Assembly (NCBI GenBank): GCA_035509435.1
Contig: DATJLR010000002.1
Span: 133,774 to 197,773 of the forward strand
Reading direction: 5' to 3'
Length of the DNA stretch: 64,000 bases
Source: Minisyncoccota bacterium
Lineage (GTDB): Bacteria > Patescibacteriota > Minisyncoccia > UBA6257 > 2-01-FULL-56-20
Shown here: in pieces, positions 38,451 to 48,112 of the stretch
How positions within the stretch are numbered: the first letter of the stretch is position 1
Layout of the letters: every line of letters begins with the position of its first letter
The notes under the pieces: generated by a model
Told to the model about the DNA's origin: nothing
Database searches by the model: none
The model's input: only the letters and a program-made list of their open reading frames with translations
Made by a program: the position numbers and the translations under genes

Positions 38451-39995
38451 ATGAGCATATCCATAGATCCAAAGAAAGGGGTGCGGCTGAAGACGGTGCG
38501 CAGGCACAGCTTTGGAGTAGCGGCCGTGATCATCGCGCTTGAAGCGGTATTTTCGCTGCTCCTCTATATGTCCCTTGCCGAACGCGTTTTCGTGGTGAAT
38601 CCGGTTTCTGCAACGGCTGGCGTTCCCGAGCTTGTGTCATACCAGGGAATGCTGACCGACACGTCGGGGAATCCCCTGGGAGGCGCGGGTTCCGTGTATT
38701 GTTTCCGCTACTCCATCTGGGATGCTGCGACGAGCGGGAACCAGCTGTGGCCGAGCGGCACGCCGGGCAATTCAACGACGACCGTGATCGACGGCGTGTT
38801 CAGCGACGAGATCGGCCGCGTGGACAGTCTTTCGCCGCTCGACTTTGAATCCACCTCCACGTATTACTTGCAGGTGCAGGTGAGCACGTCGTCTCTTACC
38901 TGCGCGACGGGGCTCGAGACGCTCTCGCCGCGCCAGCAGATCACGAGCGACGCCTGGTCGCAGACCGCGCAGGGCGTGTACGGGTCGCAGCTCCGCACGT
39001 TCAGCTCGAACAACACCGTGCAGATCGGCACCGGCGGCGGCGTGGCGTCCGGCAGCCAGACGCTCCTTTCGCTCGACGTCGTGAACACCGGCGAGTCGAT
39101 CGGCGGCTCGTGCACCACGAACGGCACGCTCTGGTACGATTCGAACCTCAAGCGCGCGCTCGTCTGCGAACAGAACCTCATCGTCCCGATCTCCGAAAGC
39201 GAGACGCTCATAGGGAACGGCATTACGGGCACGAGTACCATCGTAAATCCGGTATGGGCCGCGGATTCGAACATCACTTTCAGCACGAACGGCAACACGA
39301 TCAGCATCGAAGGTGCCGGCGGTGCAGGCGGCACGTTGCCGACGTTTCTTACCTATAACAACCGGCAGCTTGGAGCGTCGTCCGCGTTTGCGATCGTCAA
39401 CAATAGTGTGTGGGTAACGCCATTCAGGGTAAACGGGGGAAATGTTTCCGCAAGCACGCTCCTCATGATGGAATCATTTGCCACGAACGCCTCTTTGACG
39501 AGCAGCAATACCTCGACGTGGGGACAGACGCTCCGGTGGGGAATGTATTCGAATCCTGACAGCAATTCGACGGAAATGGACCTCTATGCTACGGGAAGTG
39601 TCCTGTTGCAGATATCGCATAGCAGTAACACTTCTTATATCGTCAACTATAATGGAGCGACGACAGGAAGCGCAAACTCCGGCCTTATCAACTCGTATGT
39701 GAGCGGAGTGAGGATGGTGACATTCCCATATGGATCGTCAATAACTCCGGGTCTTTATGCATTCGGTTATGTTGTCAGTACGGCAGGTTCCGCAATCATG
39801 GGAAGTGCGGCGCCGGTATTCGATAATCCCCTCAACGCTACTGTAGGGTATCTGCCGGGTGTTGCGACGGCATCCGCCGGTTATGGGGATGCGGGCACCA
39901 TCGGCACGTCCACTTCCATGCCCGCAACATTCGCGCTTACGAATGTGGGTCAGGTGAGCAACCGCGTGCCATATGTTAAGATGGGAGACCTGTAA
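38451..39995 (+). CDS. Secreted surface/fibre-like protein
   Basis: TM; 'VSYQGMLTD..G...YYLQVQV....LSPRQ' N-terminal domain; Ser/Thr-rich. Confidence 0.7.
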   Translation: MSISIDPKKGVRLKTVRRHSFGVAAVIIALEAVFSLLLYMSLAERVFVVNPVSATAGVPELVSYQGMLTDTSGNPLGGAGSVYCFRYSIWDAATSGNQLWPSGTPGNSTTTVIDGVFSDEIGRVDSLSPLDFESTSTYYLQVQVSTSSLTCATGLETLSPRQQITSDAWSQTAQGVYGSQLRTFSSNNTVQIGTGGGVASGSQTLLSLDVVNTGESIGGSCTTNGTLWYDSNLKRALVCEQNLIVPISESETLIGNGITGTSTIVNPVWAADSNITFSTNGNTISIEGAGGAGGTLPTFLTYNNRQLGASSAFAIVNNSVWVTPFRVNGGNVSASTLLMMESFATNASLTSSNTSTWGQTLRWGMYSNPDSNSTEMDLYATGSVLLQISHSSNTSYIVNYNGATTGSANSGLINSYVSGVRMVTFPYGSSITPGLYAFGYVVSTAGSAIMGSAAPVFDNPLNATVGYLPGVATASAGYGDAGTIGTSTSMPATFALTNVGQVSNRVPYVKMGDL

Positions 39996-39998
39996 CCA

Positions 39999-40733
39999 AT
40001 GGACAGGCCAACGCCCCAAATAGTCATACCAAGTTACGAAGGCTCCAACAATGCGAACCTCGACGCGTCCGTCGCGCGCCTCGAAACTTCAAAGTCGTAT
40101 CGCGACCTTTCTACGGTCATCATCTGCCCCACGCGCGGCGCGGTCGCCGCGAAAGTGGTGCAGAGCTGGATGAGCCTCATGAAACCGATGAACCAAAAAG
40201 TGCTCGGGCCGCTCTTCGCGATCGGTATGGAAGTAGGGGAGGCATACGACGAGATGATAAACGTCATCCTTGCGAACCCCGTGCTCTCCACATGGAAATA
40301 TATTCTGACGATCGAGGAGGACAATATGCCTCCACCGGACGGCTTGCTCAAGTTGTACGAGGACATGGACGAGTACGACGTCGTCGGCGGCTTGTATTGG
40401 ACAAAAGGCGAAGGCGGCCAGCCGATGATCTACGGCGACCCGAACGGCGAGCCGAACAATTTCATTCCTCAAGTTCCGGTGAAGGATGGCCTGCAGCGGG
40501 CGAACGGCCTTGGGATGGGATTCAATCTTTTCAAAATGGAGATATTCAAGGACGAGCGGATTCCCCGGCCATGGTTCAAGACGTTGCAGGAATTCGACTC
40601 CCAAAAAGGCGGCGCGGCGGCCACGCAAGACCTCTATTTCTATCGGAATGCCGGTCCGCTCGGCTATAAATTCGCCTGTGACACGCGCGTGAAGGTCGGC
40701 CACTATGATGCAGCGATGGATATTGTGTGGTAG
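39999..40733 (+). CDS. Glycosyltransferase-like (GT-A) protein
   Basis: 'YILTIEED', 'VVGGLY', 'GMGFNL', 'QDLYF...D..VKVGH'. Confidence 0.7.
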   Translation: MDRPTPQIVIPSYEGSNNANLDASVARLETSKSYRDLSTVIICPTRGAVAAKVVQSWMSLMKPMNQKVLGPLFAIGMEVGEAYDEMINVILANPVLSTWKYILTIEEDNMPPPDGLLKLYEDMDEYDVVGGLYWTKGEGGQPMIYGDPNGEPNNFIPQVPVKDGLQRANGLGMGFNLFKMEIFKDERIPRPWFKTLQEFDSQKGGAAATQDLYFYRNAGPLGYKFACDTRVKVGHYDAAMDIVW

Positions 40734-40763
40734 GGCGATATAAAGGATATAATAGATGAAACT

Positions 40764-41273
40764 ATGAAGCTCGACATCGCATGCGGCCAGCGCAAACAAA
40801 AAGGGTTCAAGGGCGTGGACATCGTTCCGGGGCCGGACGTCGATTTCGTGTGGGATTTGGAAAAATATCCGTGGGAGCCGTTCAAGGACCATTCCGTGAA
40901 CGAGGTGTACATCGCGCACTATGCGGAACACACGAATGACCTTATAAAATTCATGGATGAGGTGTGGCGCATCTGCGAGAACGATGCGAAGGTGACGATC
41001 GTGGCGCCCTACTACACGTCGCTTACGGCGTGGGCGGACCCGACGCACAAGCGCGTGCTCACGGAGATGACGTGGGCGTATTTCAGCAAAGGGTGGCGGG
41101 AACGGGAGAAGCTGGACCATTACCCGACGAAGTGCGACTTTGCCGTCGGCAATCCGGTCGTGTTCTTCAATTCGCCGTGGGACAAAAAGTCCGAGGAGGC
41201 GCGGCAATTCGCCCAGCGGCACTATTGGAATGTCATTTCGGAAATGGTCGTCGAGCTGAAGGCGATCAAATGA
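40764..41273 (+). CDS. Class I SAM methyltransferase-like protein
   Basis: 'LDIACG', 'GVDI...D..WDL', 'DPTHKR'. Confidence 0.8.
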   Translation: MKLDIACGQRKQKGFKGVDIVPGPDVDFVWDLEKYPWEPFKDHSVNEVYIAHYAEHTNDLIKFMDEVWRICENDAKVTIVAPYYTSLTAWADPTHKRVLTEMTWAYFSKGWREREKLDHYPTKCDFAVGNPVVFFNSPWDKKSEEARQFAQRHYWNVISEMVVELKAIK

Positions 41274-41286
41274 TGGCGGCGCGACG

Positions 41287-41814
41287 ATGAAGCTTCCGAA
41301 GGAATTCCGCAAACGGGAATATCGCGTGCTCGCGCTCGCCATAGCATTTTTTGCGCTTGGATCGTTCTTTTTCTTCGCGGATCGGTCGTATGTGCCGCAA
41401 GAAAAAACAGCGGCGGGAACCGCTGCTGAAGTCGTTGCCCCTTCCGCAGATGGCGCCCCCATAAGCCCCGCCGAGGGATCCGCATCGCTCAATCCTCAGT
41501 TCTCGGATTACCCGGCTCCCTCCCGATTCCGCACGTTCGCGTTCGCCAACGGAAAGATCGATGACGGCGTGTCGCTTACGGTGACCTCCACCTGCGCCGA
41601 TGCGTACGTGGCGGTGCTTGTATTTCCCGCCTCGGTGGATTACCGGGCGGATATCGATCGCGAGATTTATGACAGCGCCTTTCCGTGCGTTACCACCGGC
41701 GATGTCGCGAGCACGACCATCATTGCGGGCGACCTTGGGAACGCCCCTTCCGGCACATATTATTATTTTACCGCCGATCAGGGGGCGAGCGGCGTATGGT
41801 ATAATCCAAAATAA
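41287..41814 (+). CDS. Membrane-anchored hypothetical protein, paralogous to the C-terminus of 36277-37803
   Basis: Shared 'TC...Y..L.F...DY......PC......SGTYY' pattern. Confidence 0.7.
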   Translation: MKLPKEFRKREYRVLALAIAFFALGSFFFFADRSYVPQEKTAAGTAAEVVAPSADGAPISPAEGSASLNPQFSDYPAPSRFRTFAFANGKIDDGVSLTVTSTCADAYVAVLVFPASVDYRADIDREIYDSAFPCVTTGDVASTTIIAGDLGNAPSGTYYYFTADQGASGVWYNPK

Positions 41815-41816
41815 GC

Positions 41817-42245
41817 ATGGCAATACATGAAGAGGGCGGCTCACGGTGGGGGATCGTTCTCGCGGTCGTCGTCGCGTTGATCGTGGCCGTTCTCATTTTT
41901 TTTGAATTTGATGACGCCTTATCGTGGATGGCGTTCAATGATCCGTTCCAGACGAACTGGGCCGCTGTTCAGCTTGTGGATGGCGAAATGCTGTATGGCC
42001 ATCTCGCGGGCGTATCAGGATCCGTGCTCGGCCTTAAGGATGTGTATCTTCTTGATAAAGTAACGGAGCAGGAAGCCCCACAGGCTTCTTCCACCGACTT
42101 TACTCTGGGCGGAACACCGACGCCGCAAGCGGGACAGGCGCTTGTTCCCGTGAGCTATACCGGCCAGCTGTTCATCGAACGCTCGGCGGTGCTCTACTTC
42201 AAGTTCGTCGCCCCCGGCGATCCCGCGCTCCAATACCTGCGATAG
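41817..42245 (+). CDS. Membrane-anchored hypothetical protein
   Basis: TM; 'WAAVQLVDGEMLYGHL...LKDVYLL'. Confidence 0.7.
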   Translation: MAIHEEGGSRWGIVLAVVVALIVAVLIFFEFDDALSWMAFNDPFQTNWAAVQLVDGEMLYGHLAGVSGSVLGLKDVYLLDKVTEQEAPQASSTDFTLGGTPTPQAGQALVPVSYTGQLFIERSAVLYFKFVAPGDPALQYLR

Positions 42246-42269
42246 GGTAATATAAAACCTATTTTTACC

Positions 42270-44315
42270 ATGAGATCCCGCGTGACGTGTCGCTCCGCCT
42301 TTGGGTGGGGCATTATCGTGGTCGCCACTCTTGTCGGGTCCATTTTATTCGTTCCAAGGGCCTCGGCAGCCGTAACATTCGTCCAGGCGGCAACATCTAC
42401 CGGGAACGCGAATGCGGTATCCAGCACTTTCTCTTCCGCTGTGACGGCGGGAGATACGCTCGTCGTGTTCGCGCAGTGGGGCGATAATACATCGACCCCT
42501 CCCGCGATCTCAAGCATCACCGATACGCGGGGGAATCATTTTGTCGTCGTGACGAGCACGAAGGCCATGCAGATCAGCCCTCCGGATTATTTAACGAGGG
42601 ATATCGCAGAAGAGCTGGCATACGCGACGGGAACTACCGGTGGCGCGGATACCGTGACGATCACCTATGCCGATCCCTCGACAGGCATCGGTTATATGTC
42701 TGTTATTGAAATTACGGCGAGCGTCCTTGACCTCACCTCCGAAGCGACAGGCACCTCGGCAGCGCCGTCCGCGGGAACCGTCACCACCCTGCAGAACGGC
42801 GAGTTCGGCGCGGCGAACTTTTTTCAGGATGACGGCGTCGGTAATCCAAGCAGCATCGGGCCGGGCACGGGATGGACGATGTTTCAGCAGACCGGCGGGG
42901 GGGCGGCGGATGAAGGAGGCGAGTACTGGGCGCAATCCACAGCGGGCGCCCTTACGGGCAATTTTACTTCATCAAATTCGGCACGATGGGCGGCGGGCAT
43001 GGCGGTGTTCGTGCCGCCGGGTTTGTCATCGGCGCCCTGCGATACGTTGCTCACGGATTTCTGCTCAACGGATTTTTTCGTCCGGGGACAGGTGGGAAGC
43101 GTGTTGGGGAATTCCAATTCCACCGATTTCAGTGTGCGATATAGCGCGCAGGTGCTGGCGCTGCCGTTGATGACGTCGGCTGATTTCGAGATAACCTCGG
43201 GCGTCCTTGTGCCGGTATTCAAAGCGGTAAAGCCCGCCTATACTGTTGCCCACTACCAATGGCGTAACGACAACGGCAGCGAGACCGGCGCGACGTCGGC
43301 TACCGGCGGCATTGAGGATTCCGCGCTTACGGGGCTTCAGCAGAGTACCAGCATCCGGCTGCGCATGGAGGTCACGAACTCCGGTGGCACGATCTTTTCC
43401 TATTCGCCGCAATCGTTGCAGCTGCAATATGGCACATTGAGCACGACATGCTCTGCCATATCGTCATGGACGGTGGTGGGCGCCGCTGGCTCAGTGTGGA
43501 GCATGTACAACTCCACGAACCTCACGAATGGCGCGAACACCACGAACATCGCCACTTCGACCGGTGGCGTCGCGGACGCGAACCATACTTTCATCGTTGC
43601 CAACGCCGGAGTGAGGACCACGACAAGCACGGTGGGCGCGATAGCGATCCCGAGCGATTCGTTCATCGAGACCGAATTTGACATTGAAGCGCTCACCAGC
43701 TCGACGCCGAACGGCACCTATTGTTTCCGCCTCACGAATGCCGGCTCTGCGACCAATTTCGTATATTCAAATTATCCGCAGGCTACCGTCGCCTCGGCGC
43801 AATCGATCACGCTTACCCTCAATACTTCCACCGTCACGCTTTCCGGCCTTGCTCCTGGAATCGCGGTGAGCGCGACGACGACGGCAACAGTGAATGTGAG
43901 CGGGGCCACTGACGGATATACCCTTGAGATACAGCGCAACTCTGCGACGTCCACTCTTGCATCGTCCAGCATCACATTCCCGGATTTCGTTTCGTGGAAA
44001 CCCACCAGCACTGTCTGCGCCCCGGGAATAGGAAATGCGGCCACCGCTACCGGCAATACGTTTTCGTTCCGCGTCGCTTCGTCGGGGACCACGGCGAGCT
44101 ATTGCACATTCTGGTGGGGTTCGAACGATTCGGCCGGCACGGCGATGTATGCCGGCATTCCGAGCACCACGCAACCTATCGTGTATTCCACATCGTCCGC
44201 CTCGCAGAACGGTACGACAACGATCTCCATCATCTATAGCGCCAATGCGCCATTAAGCCAGAAGGCGACAGGCTACACGGGAGGGGTTACGATCACCGCA
44301 CTCGCAAACCCGTGA
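42270..44315 (+). CDS. Large secreted protein with a C-terminal WxL-like domain
   Basis: Signal peptide; C-terminus paralogous to the next gene. Confidence 0.7.
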   Translation: MRSRVTCRSAFGWGIIVVATLVGSILFVPRASAAVTFVQAATSTGNANAVSSTFSSAVTAGDTLVVFAQWGDNTSTPPAISSITDTRGNHFVVVTSTKAMQISPPDYLTRDIAEELAYATGTTGGADTVTITYADPSTGIGYMSVIEITASVLDLTSEATGTSAAPSAGTVTTLQNGEFGAANFFQDDGVGNPSSIGPGTGWTMFQQTGGGAADEGGEYWAQSTAGALTGNFTSSNSARWAAGMAVFVPPGLSSAPCDTLLTDFCSTDFFVRGQVGSVLGNSNSTDFSVRYSAQVLALPLMTSADFEITSGVLVPVFKAVKPAYTVAHYQWRNDNGSETGATSATGGIEDSALTGLQQSTSIRLRMEVTNSGGTIFSYSPQSLQLQYGTLSTTCSAISSWTVVGAAGSVWSMYNSTNLTNGANTTNIATSTGGVADANHTFIVANAGVRTTTSTVGAIAIPSDSFIETEFDIEALTSSTPNGTYCFRLTNAGSATNFVYSNYPQATVASAQSITLTLNTSTVTLSGLAPGIAVSATTTATVNVSGATDGYTLEIQRNSATSTLASSSITFPDFVSWKPTSTVCAPGIGNAATATGNTFSFRVASSGTTASYCTFWWGSNDSAGTAMYAGIPSTTQPIVYSTSSASQNGTTTISIIYSANAPLSQKATGYTGGVTITALANP

Positions 44316-44390
44316 TCGATGAGGGAGGTCTGAAAGTTATCCACAGAACGGAACTTTTAAATAAAAGCAGTTGTGATATGATGAATTCAA

Positions 44391-45056
44391 ATGAAACATT
44401 TTTTGAGTGGAGCGTTCGGTAGAGCAGCCTCGCTTTTGATTGTATCAACCGTTATCGTTTTGGTTATGGGATTCGGAGTGGAAAACGGCGGTGGTATCCG
44501 ACAAGCTCAGGCTTCCACCTCGACATCGACCACGCAGACCATCAATGTGACAGTCAACCAGGTCATCACGCTTTCGCTTTCTGGAGCAAACCTTAACCTT
44601 CCAACGCTCACGCCGGGAACCGCTGTCATCGCGACATCAAGCGCCACGGTCACCACAAATGCCGTTTCGGGCTGGCAGCTCCAGGTCAATAGGAACAGCG
44701 CCACTTCCACGATAGCGTCGGGAACCATAACATTCCCCGACCAGACGGCGTTCACCGGCAATAACGCGACCTCGGCGGCCAATCTGGCAAACAGCGGCGC
44801 AAATCTTAGCTTCCGCGAATATCAAACCGGCACATCCGCAGGCGATTACAGTTCCGCAACGTGGGGCACTGCCGATACTGACCCGAGCGCATTTTATGCC
44901 GGCTTCCCGACATCAGCGGTAACGTATGCAAGCACGAGCACCTACACGGGTACCGCTCAGACGGTTGTCATGGAGGTTCGGGCGAACGCTCCAGCGACCC
45001 AACAGGCGACAACTTATACCGGAGCGATCACTATTACCGCCGTTGCGCTGCCATAA
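44391..45056 (+). CDS. Secreted WxL-like/fibre subunit protein
   Basis: Signal peptide; 'SGWQLQV'; C-terminal 'TYTGAITITA'. Confidence 0.7.
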   Translation: MKHFLSGAFGRAASLLIVSTVIVLVMGFGVENGGGIRQAQASTSTSTTQTINVTVNQVITLSLSGANLNLPTLTPGTAVIATSSATVTTNAVSGWQLQVNRNSATSTIASGTITFPDQTAFTGNNATSAANLANSGANLSFREYQTGTSAGDYSSATWGTADTDPSAFYAGFPTSAVTYASTSTYTGTAQTVVMEVRANAPATQQATTYTGAITITAVALP

Positions 45057-45084
45057 GGGCGCCGTCGGTGTTTAAATTGAAAGT

Positions 45085-45993
45085 ATGAAAAAGAACATCG
45101 CCGTCATTTCGTTGGCCTCTCTTGCGGTTTTAGGCGCCGCTTTTTTGTTCCCTTCAACGAGCCACGCGCAGGTGGGCATTTCTCTTTTTCCGATAAAATT
45201 TGACGTTACCGTTGCGCCAGGGCAAACCTATTCTGACACTGTTACCGTCATCAATCCAAACGATTTCCCGATCGGCGTCCAGCCCGAGGTAGAGAATATT
45301 GCGGGCGGCAACCAGGGATCCATTGATCTTACCGATACGGACATCCCACATGGGCTTTCAGCATGGATCTCGCTCAACATGAGCGAGTTCACGCTTGCGC
45401 CGCAGGAGCAGCTTCAGGTGCCGTTCACAATAACCGTTCCGGCGAACGGAGAGCCGGGCGGCCATTATGGTGCGATCCTTTTCCGCGGTCTTTCCGCTAC
45501 ATCCACCGCGAGTTCGAGCGGTGTCGGCATATCCGGCCGCGTGGGAACGGTAATTCTTCTTAATGTCCCGGGAGATTCTTATGCAACGGGCGATATTGCG
45601 AGCTTCGCCGGGCCTGCCTCGTACGTTTCCCATGGCCCGTTCAACTTCTCTTTTACCGTCAATAATACCGGCAATACCCATTTCACTCCGCAGGGGCAGA
45701 TCACGTTGAGCGGTCCGCTTTTTGGAAGCACGGCTATTCCGTTCACGCCAGGCATTGTCTTTCCGGGTTATGACCGAACCTTTACCGCAAGCTGGCCTGG
45801 CCGTTATGCGTTCGGGCCCATGACCGCTACGCTGTCACTTACCATACCCGATGATACGAGCACGATAACCCAGACGATAACATTCTTTGCCTTCCCGTGG
45901 CAGGAAACGCTCGTTATAGTGGTCGTACTTATTGTTCTCTATATCATTTTCAGGACCTGGAGGAAGAACTTCAAAATAGTGAGGGTAAAGTGA
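45085..45993 (+). CDS. DUF916/WxL-interacting (chaperone-like) protein with a C-terminal TM
   Basis: 'VPFTITVPANGEPGGHYGAILF', 'NTGNTH..P.G'. Confidence 0.7.
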   Translation: MKKNIAVISLASLAVLGAAFLFPSTSHAQVGISLFPIKFDVTVAPGQTYSDTVTVINPNDFPIGVQPEVENIAGGNQGSIDLTDTDIPHGLSAWISLNMSEFTLAPQEQLQVPFTITVPANGEPGGHYGAILFRGLSATSTASSSGVGISGRVGTVILLNVPGDSYATGDIASFAGPASYVSHGPFNFSFTVNNTGNTHFTPQGQITLSGPLFGSTAIPFTPGIVFPGYDRTFTASWPGRYAFGPMTATLSLTIPDDTSTITQTITFFAFPWQETLVIVVVLIVLYIIFRTWRKNFKIVRVK

Positions 45994-46005
45994 TACCCTG
46001 AGAAG

Positions 46006-47223
46006 GTGAGAAGACCTTTTCTGTATGTAATAGTGTTCGCGATCGCGGCGTCGGCACTTATCGCGAACGCCCAAAGCACGGGAAGCCCCCTGCAACTCAA
46101 TGTTACTGTCGTATATCCGCCGGGTATCCCATCTGGTCTTACGGCAACGACGACCTCGGCTTCTCAGATAGACCTTTCGTGGAACGCGAGCGGGACGAAC
46201 GAGACCGGATTTGAAATAGAAGAAGCGCAAGGGAATGATTCAGTATTTACTCCGATAGACGTGGTCAGTTCAAGCGTCACATCATATTCCCGGACGGGTC
46301 TCTTGCCGAGCACGACCTATTTTTATCGTGTTGCGGCGTATAACGAGGGAGGGTCGAGCGCATTTTCTAATGAGGCGTCGTCAACGACGCAGGCGGCATT
46401 GAACAATGGCGGCGGAATAAACAGCGGTGGCGGCGGCGGCGGAGGCGGCGGTGGTGGCGGTGGTGGTGGCGGATCGACATATGTGCCGCCGATATTTCAA
46501 ACCTCTGCTGATTTTCGCGGCATGGCGTATCCGCTGAGTACCATCACGCTCCTCGAGAACGGCCAGGTAGTTGCGACGACACAAGCGGGGCCGGATGCCC
46601 GTTTTGAGATCGACGTTTCGAACATGGCTCCGGGATCGTATAATTTCGGCGTATGGGCGGAGGATCCGCAGGGAGGCCGGTCGATCACGCAGACATTTTC
46701 TGTAAGCCTTACCGATGGCGCGACGACCATCGTGAGCGGCATATTCTTCTCGCCCACCATCAGCGCGGACAAGCGGCAGGTCAAGCGCGGCGACGTACTG
46801 ACCCTTCTTGGATATGGCCCTCCGGCGACGACGATCACCGTGGTCATCAATTCCGCGAATGAGATATTGCAGCAGGTCACTTCGACCGACAGTGGAGAGT
46901 GGACCTATGCGTTGAATACTGAAGAGTTGGAGTATGGCGATCACACGGCTCACGCGTGGGCCGTGGCGGGCGGAAGCGTGACGCCGGATTCGGACACCCT
47001 CTCGTTCACGGTCGGGACAAGTACGGTCGCCGCACCGGCGTTGTCGCCGTCAACTCATAAAATAGGAGATCTGAACGGCGACGAACGCGTCAACCTTGTT
47101 GATTTTTCCATTCTCGCCTATTGGTACGGCAAACCGAATCCTCCGGCGGCGTATCTTTTGGACGGAAAGCCGTCGGTCGACCTCGCGGACTTCAGCATCC
47201 TAGCTTATTATTGGACCGGCTGA
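46006..47223 (+). CDS. FN3 + poly-Gly + Ig-like + C-terminal dockerin protein
   Basis: 'LLPSTTYFYRVAAYN'; 16 Gly; 'GDLNGDERVNLVDFSIL...VDLADFSIL'. Confidence 0.8.
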   Translation: MRRPFLYVIVFAIAASALIANAQSTGSPLQLNVTVVYPPGIPSGLTATTTSASQIDLSWNASGTNETGFEIEEAQGNDSVFTPIDVVSSSVTSYSRTGLLPSTTYFYRVAAYNEGGSSAFSNEASSTTQAALNNGGGINSGGGGGGGGGGGGGGGGSTYVPPIFQTSADFRGMAYPLSTITLLENGQVVATTQAGPDARFEIDVSNMAPGSYNFGVWAEDPQGGRSITQTFSVSLTDGATTIVSGIFFSPTISADKRQVKRGDVLTLLGYGPPATTITVVINSANEILQQVTSTDSGEWTYALNTEELEYGDHTAHAWAVAGGSVTPDSDTLSFTVGTSTVAAPALSPSTHKIGDLNGDERVNLVDFSILAYWYGKPNPPAAYLLDGKPSVDLADFSILAYYWTG

Positions 47224-47224
47224 C

Positions 47225-48112
47225 ATGAAAAAAATACTTCCCATATTTTTCACTGTCGCCGCGCTGATCGTTCCGTGGCGCTCCTTTGCCGCCGTCATTA
47301 CCGTCGGGCCCTCGGGAGCCGATCCGCAAACGGTCGCGATCACGCTCGATACGCAAGGCGAGGAGGTGAACGCGGTGGAAATTCACTTTTCATTTGATAC
47401 AGACCTATTTTCCGTGAAGGGCATAAGTACCGGCGGTTCGGTCATCAACCTGTGGGTGAACGGCCCGTCGTTCTCGAACACGTTGGGTACGGTAGATCTC
47501 GCGGGCATCATTCCGGGTGGCGAGGTGACCGCGAGCGGCACCATTGTGACGATCACCCTGGTGCCAAAATTGCCGCAGGTACGGACCAATTTTACTTTCG
47601 ATTCAGGCCAAGTGCTTTTGAACGACGGGAAAGGGACCCCCGCAGCGCTTTCCGTTGTCATCAATCCGTTCACGCTGGGCGGCGCGGGCAGCGCTCCGCC
47701 GGCAGAGAGCACAAAGGCGCCGAACGCGTTCGCGCCCGAGATCGGGCAGGATCCGGACATTTTCGGCGGCAGCTATTTCCTTGTATTTTCGACGACCGAT
47801 CAGCAATCGGGCATCGACCATTACGACGTCCTGGAGGTTCCCGCAGGAACGAAAGTGACGAGCTCTTCGCCGTGGGTGACCGCTGCCTCTCCGTATCTTT
47901 TGAAGGATCAGGAACTTTCGAGCGATATCTACGTGCGCGCGGTCGACGCGGCGGGGAACTTCCGGACCGAAAAAATTTCAGCCGCACATCCGCGTCCGGG
48001 GATATCCGCTACCCTCTCTATCCTTGAAGCGATCCTCGGGGCGATAGTGGTATTATTGATAGGAGCGGGGATCGTGCGGCGTATCCGTCAATGGAAAAAA
48101 CGAAAGCGATAA
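47225..48112 (+). CDS. Cohesin-domain membrane protein
   Basis: 'VNAVEIHFSF...SVINLWVNGP...LNDGKGT'; C-terminal TM. Confidence 0.75.
   Translation: MKKILPIFFTVAALIVPWRSFAAVITVGPSGADPQTVAITLDTQGEEVNAVEIHFSFDTDLFSVKGISTGGSVINLWVNGPSFSNTLGTVDLAGIIPGGEVTASGTIVTITLVPKLPQVRTNFTFDSGQVLLNDGKGTPAALSVVINPFTLGGAGSAPPAESTKAPNAFAPEIGQDPDIFGGSYFLVFSTTDQQSGIDHYDVLEVPAGTKVTSSSPWVTAASPYLLKDQELSSDIYVRAVDAAGNFRTEKISAAHPRPGISATLSILEAILGAIVVLLIGAGIVRRIRQWKKRKR

Noticed and set aside
40089-41492. Long antisense or alternate-frame ORFs (this one and many others in the track)
   Set aside because: Shadow ORFs of GC-rich genes that have clear motifs on the other strand
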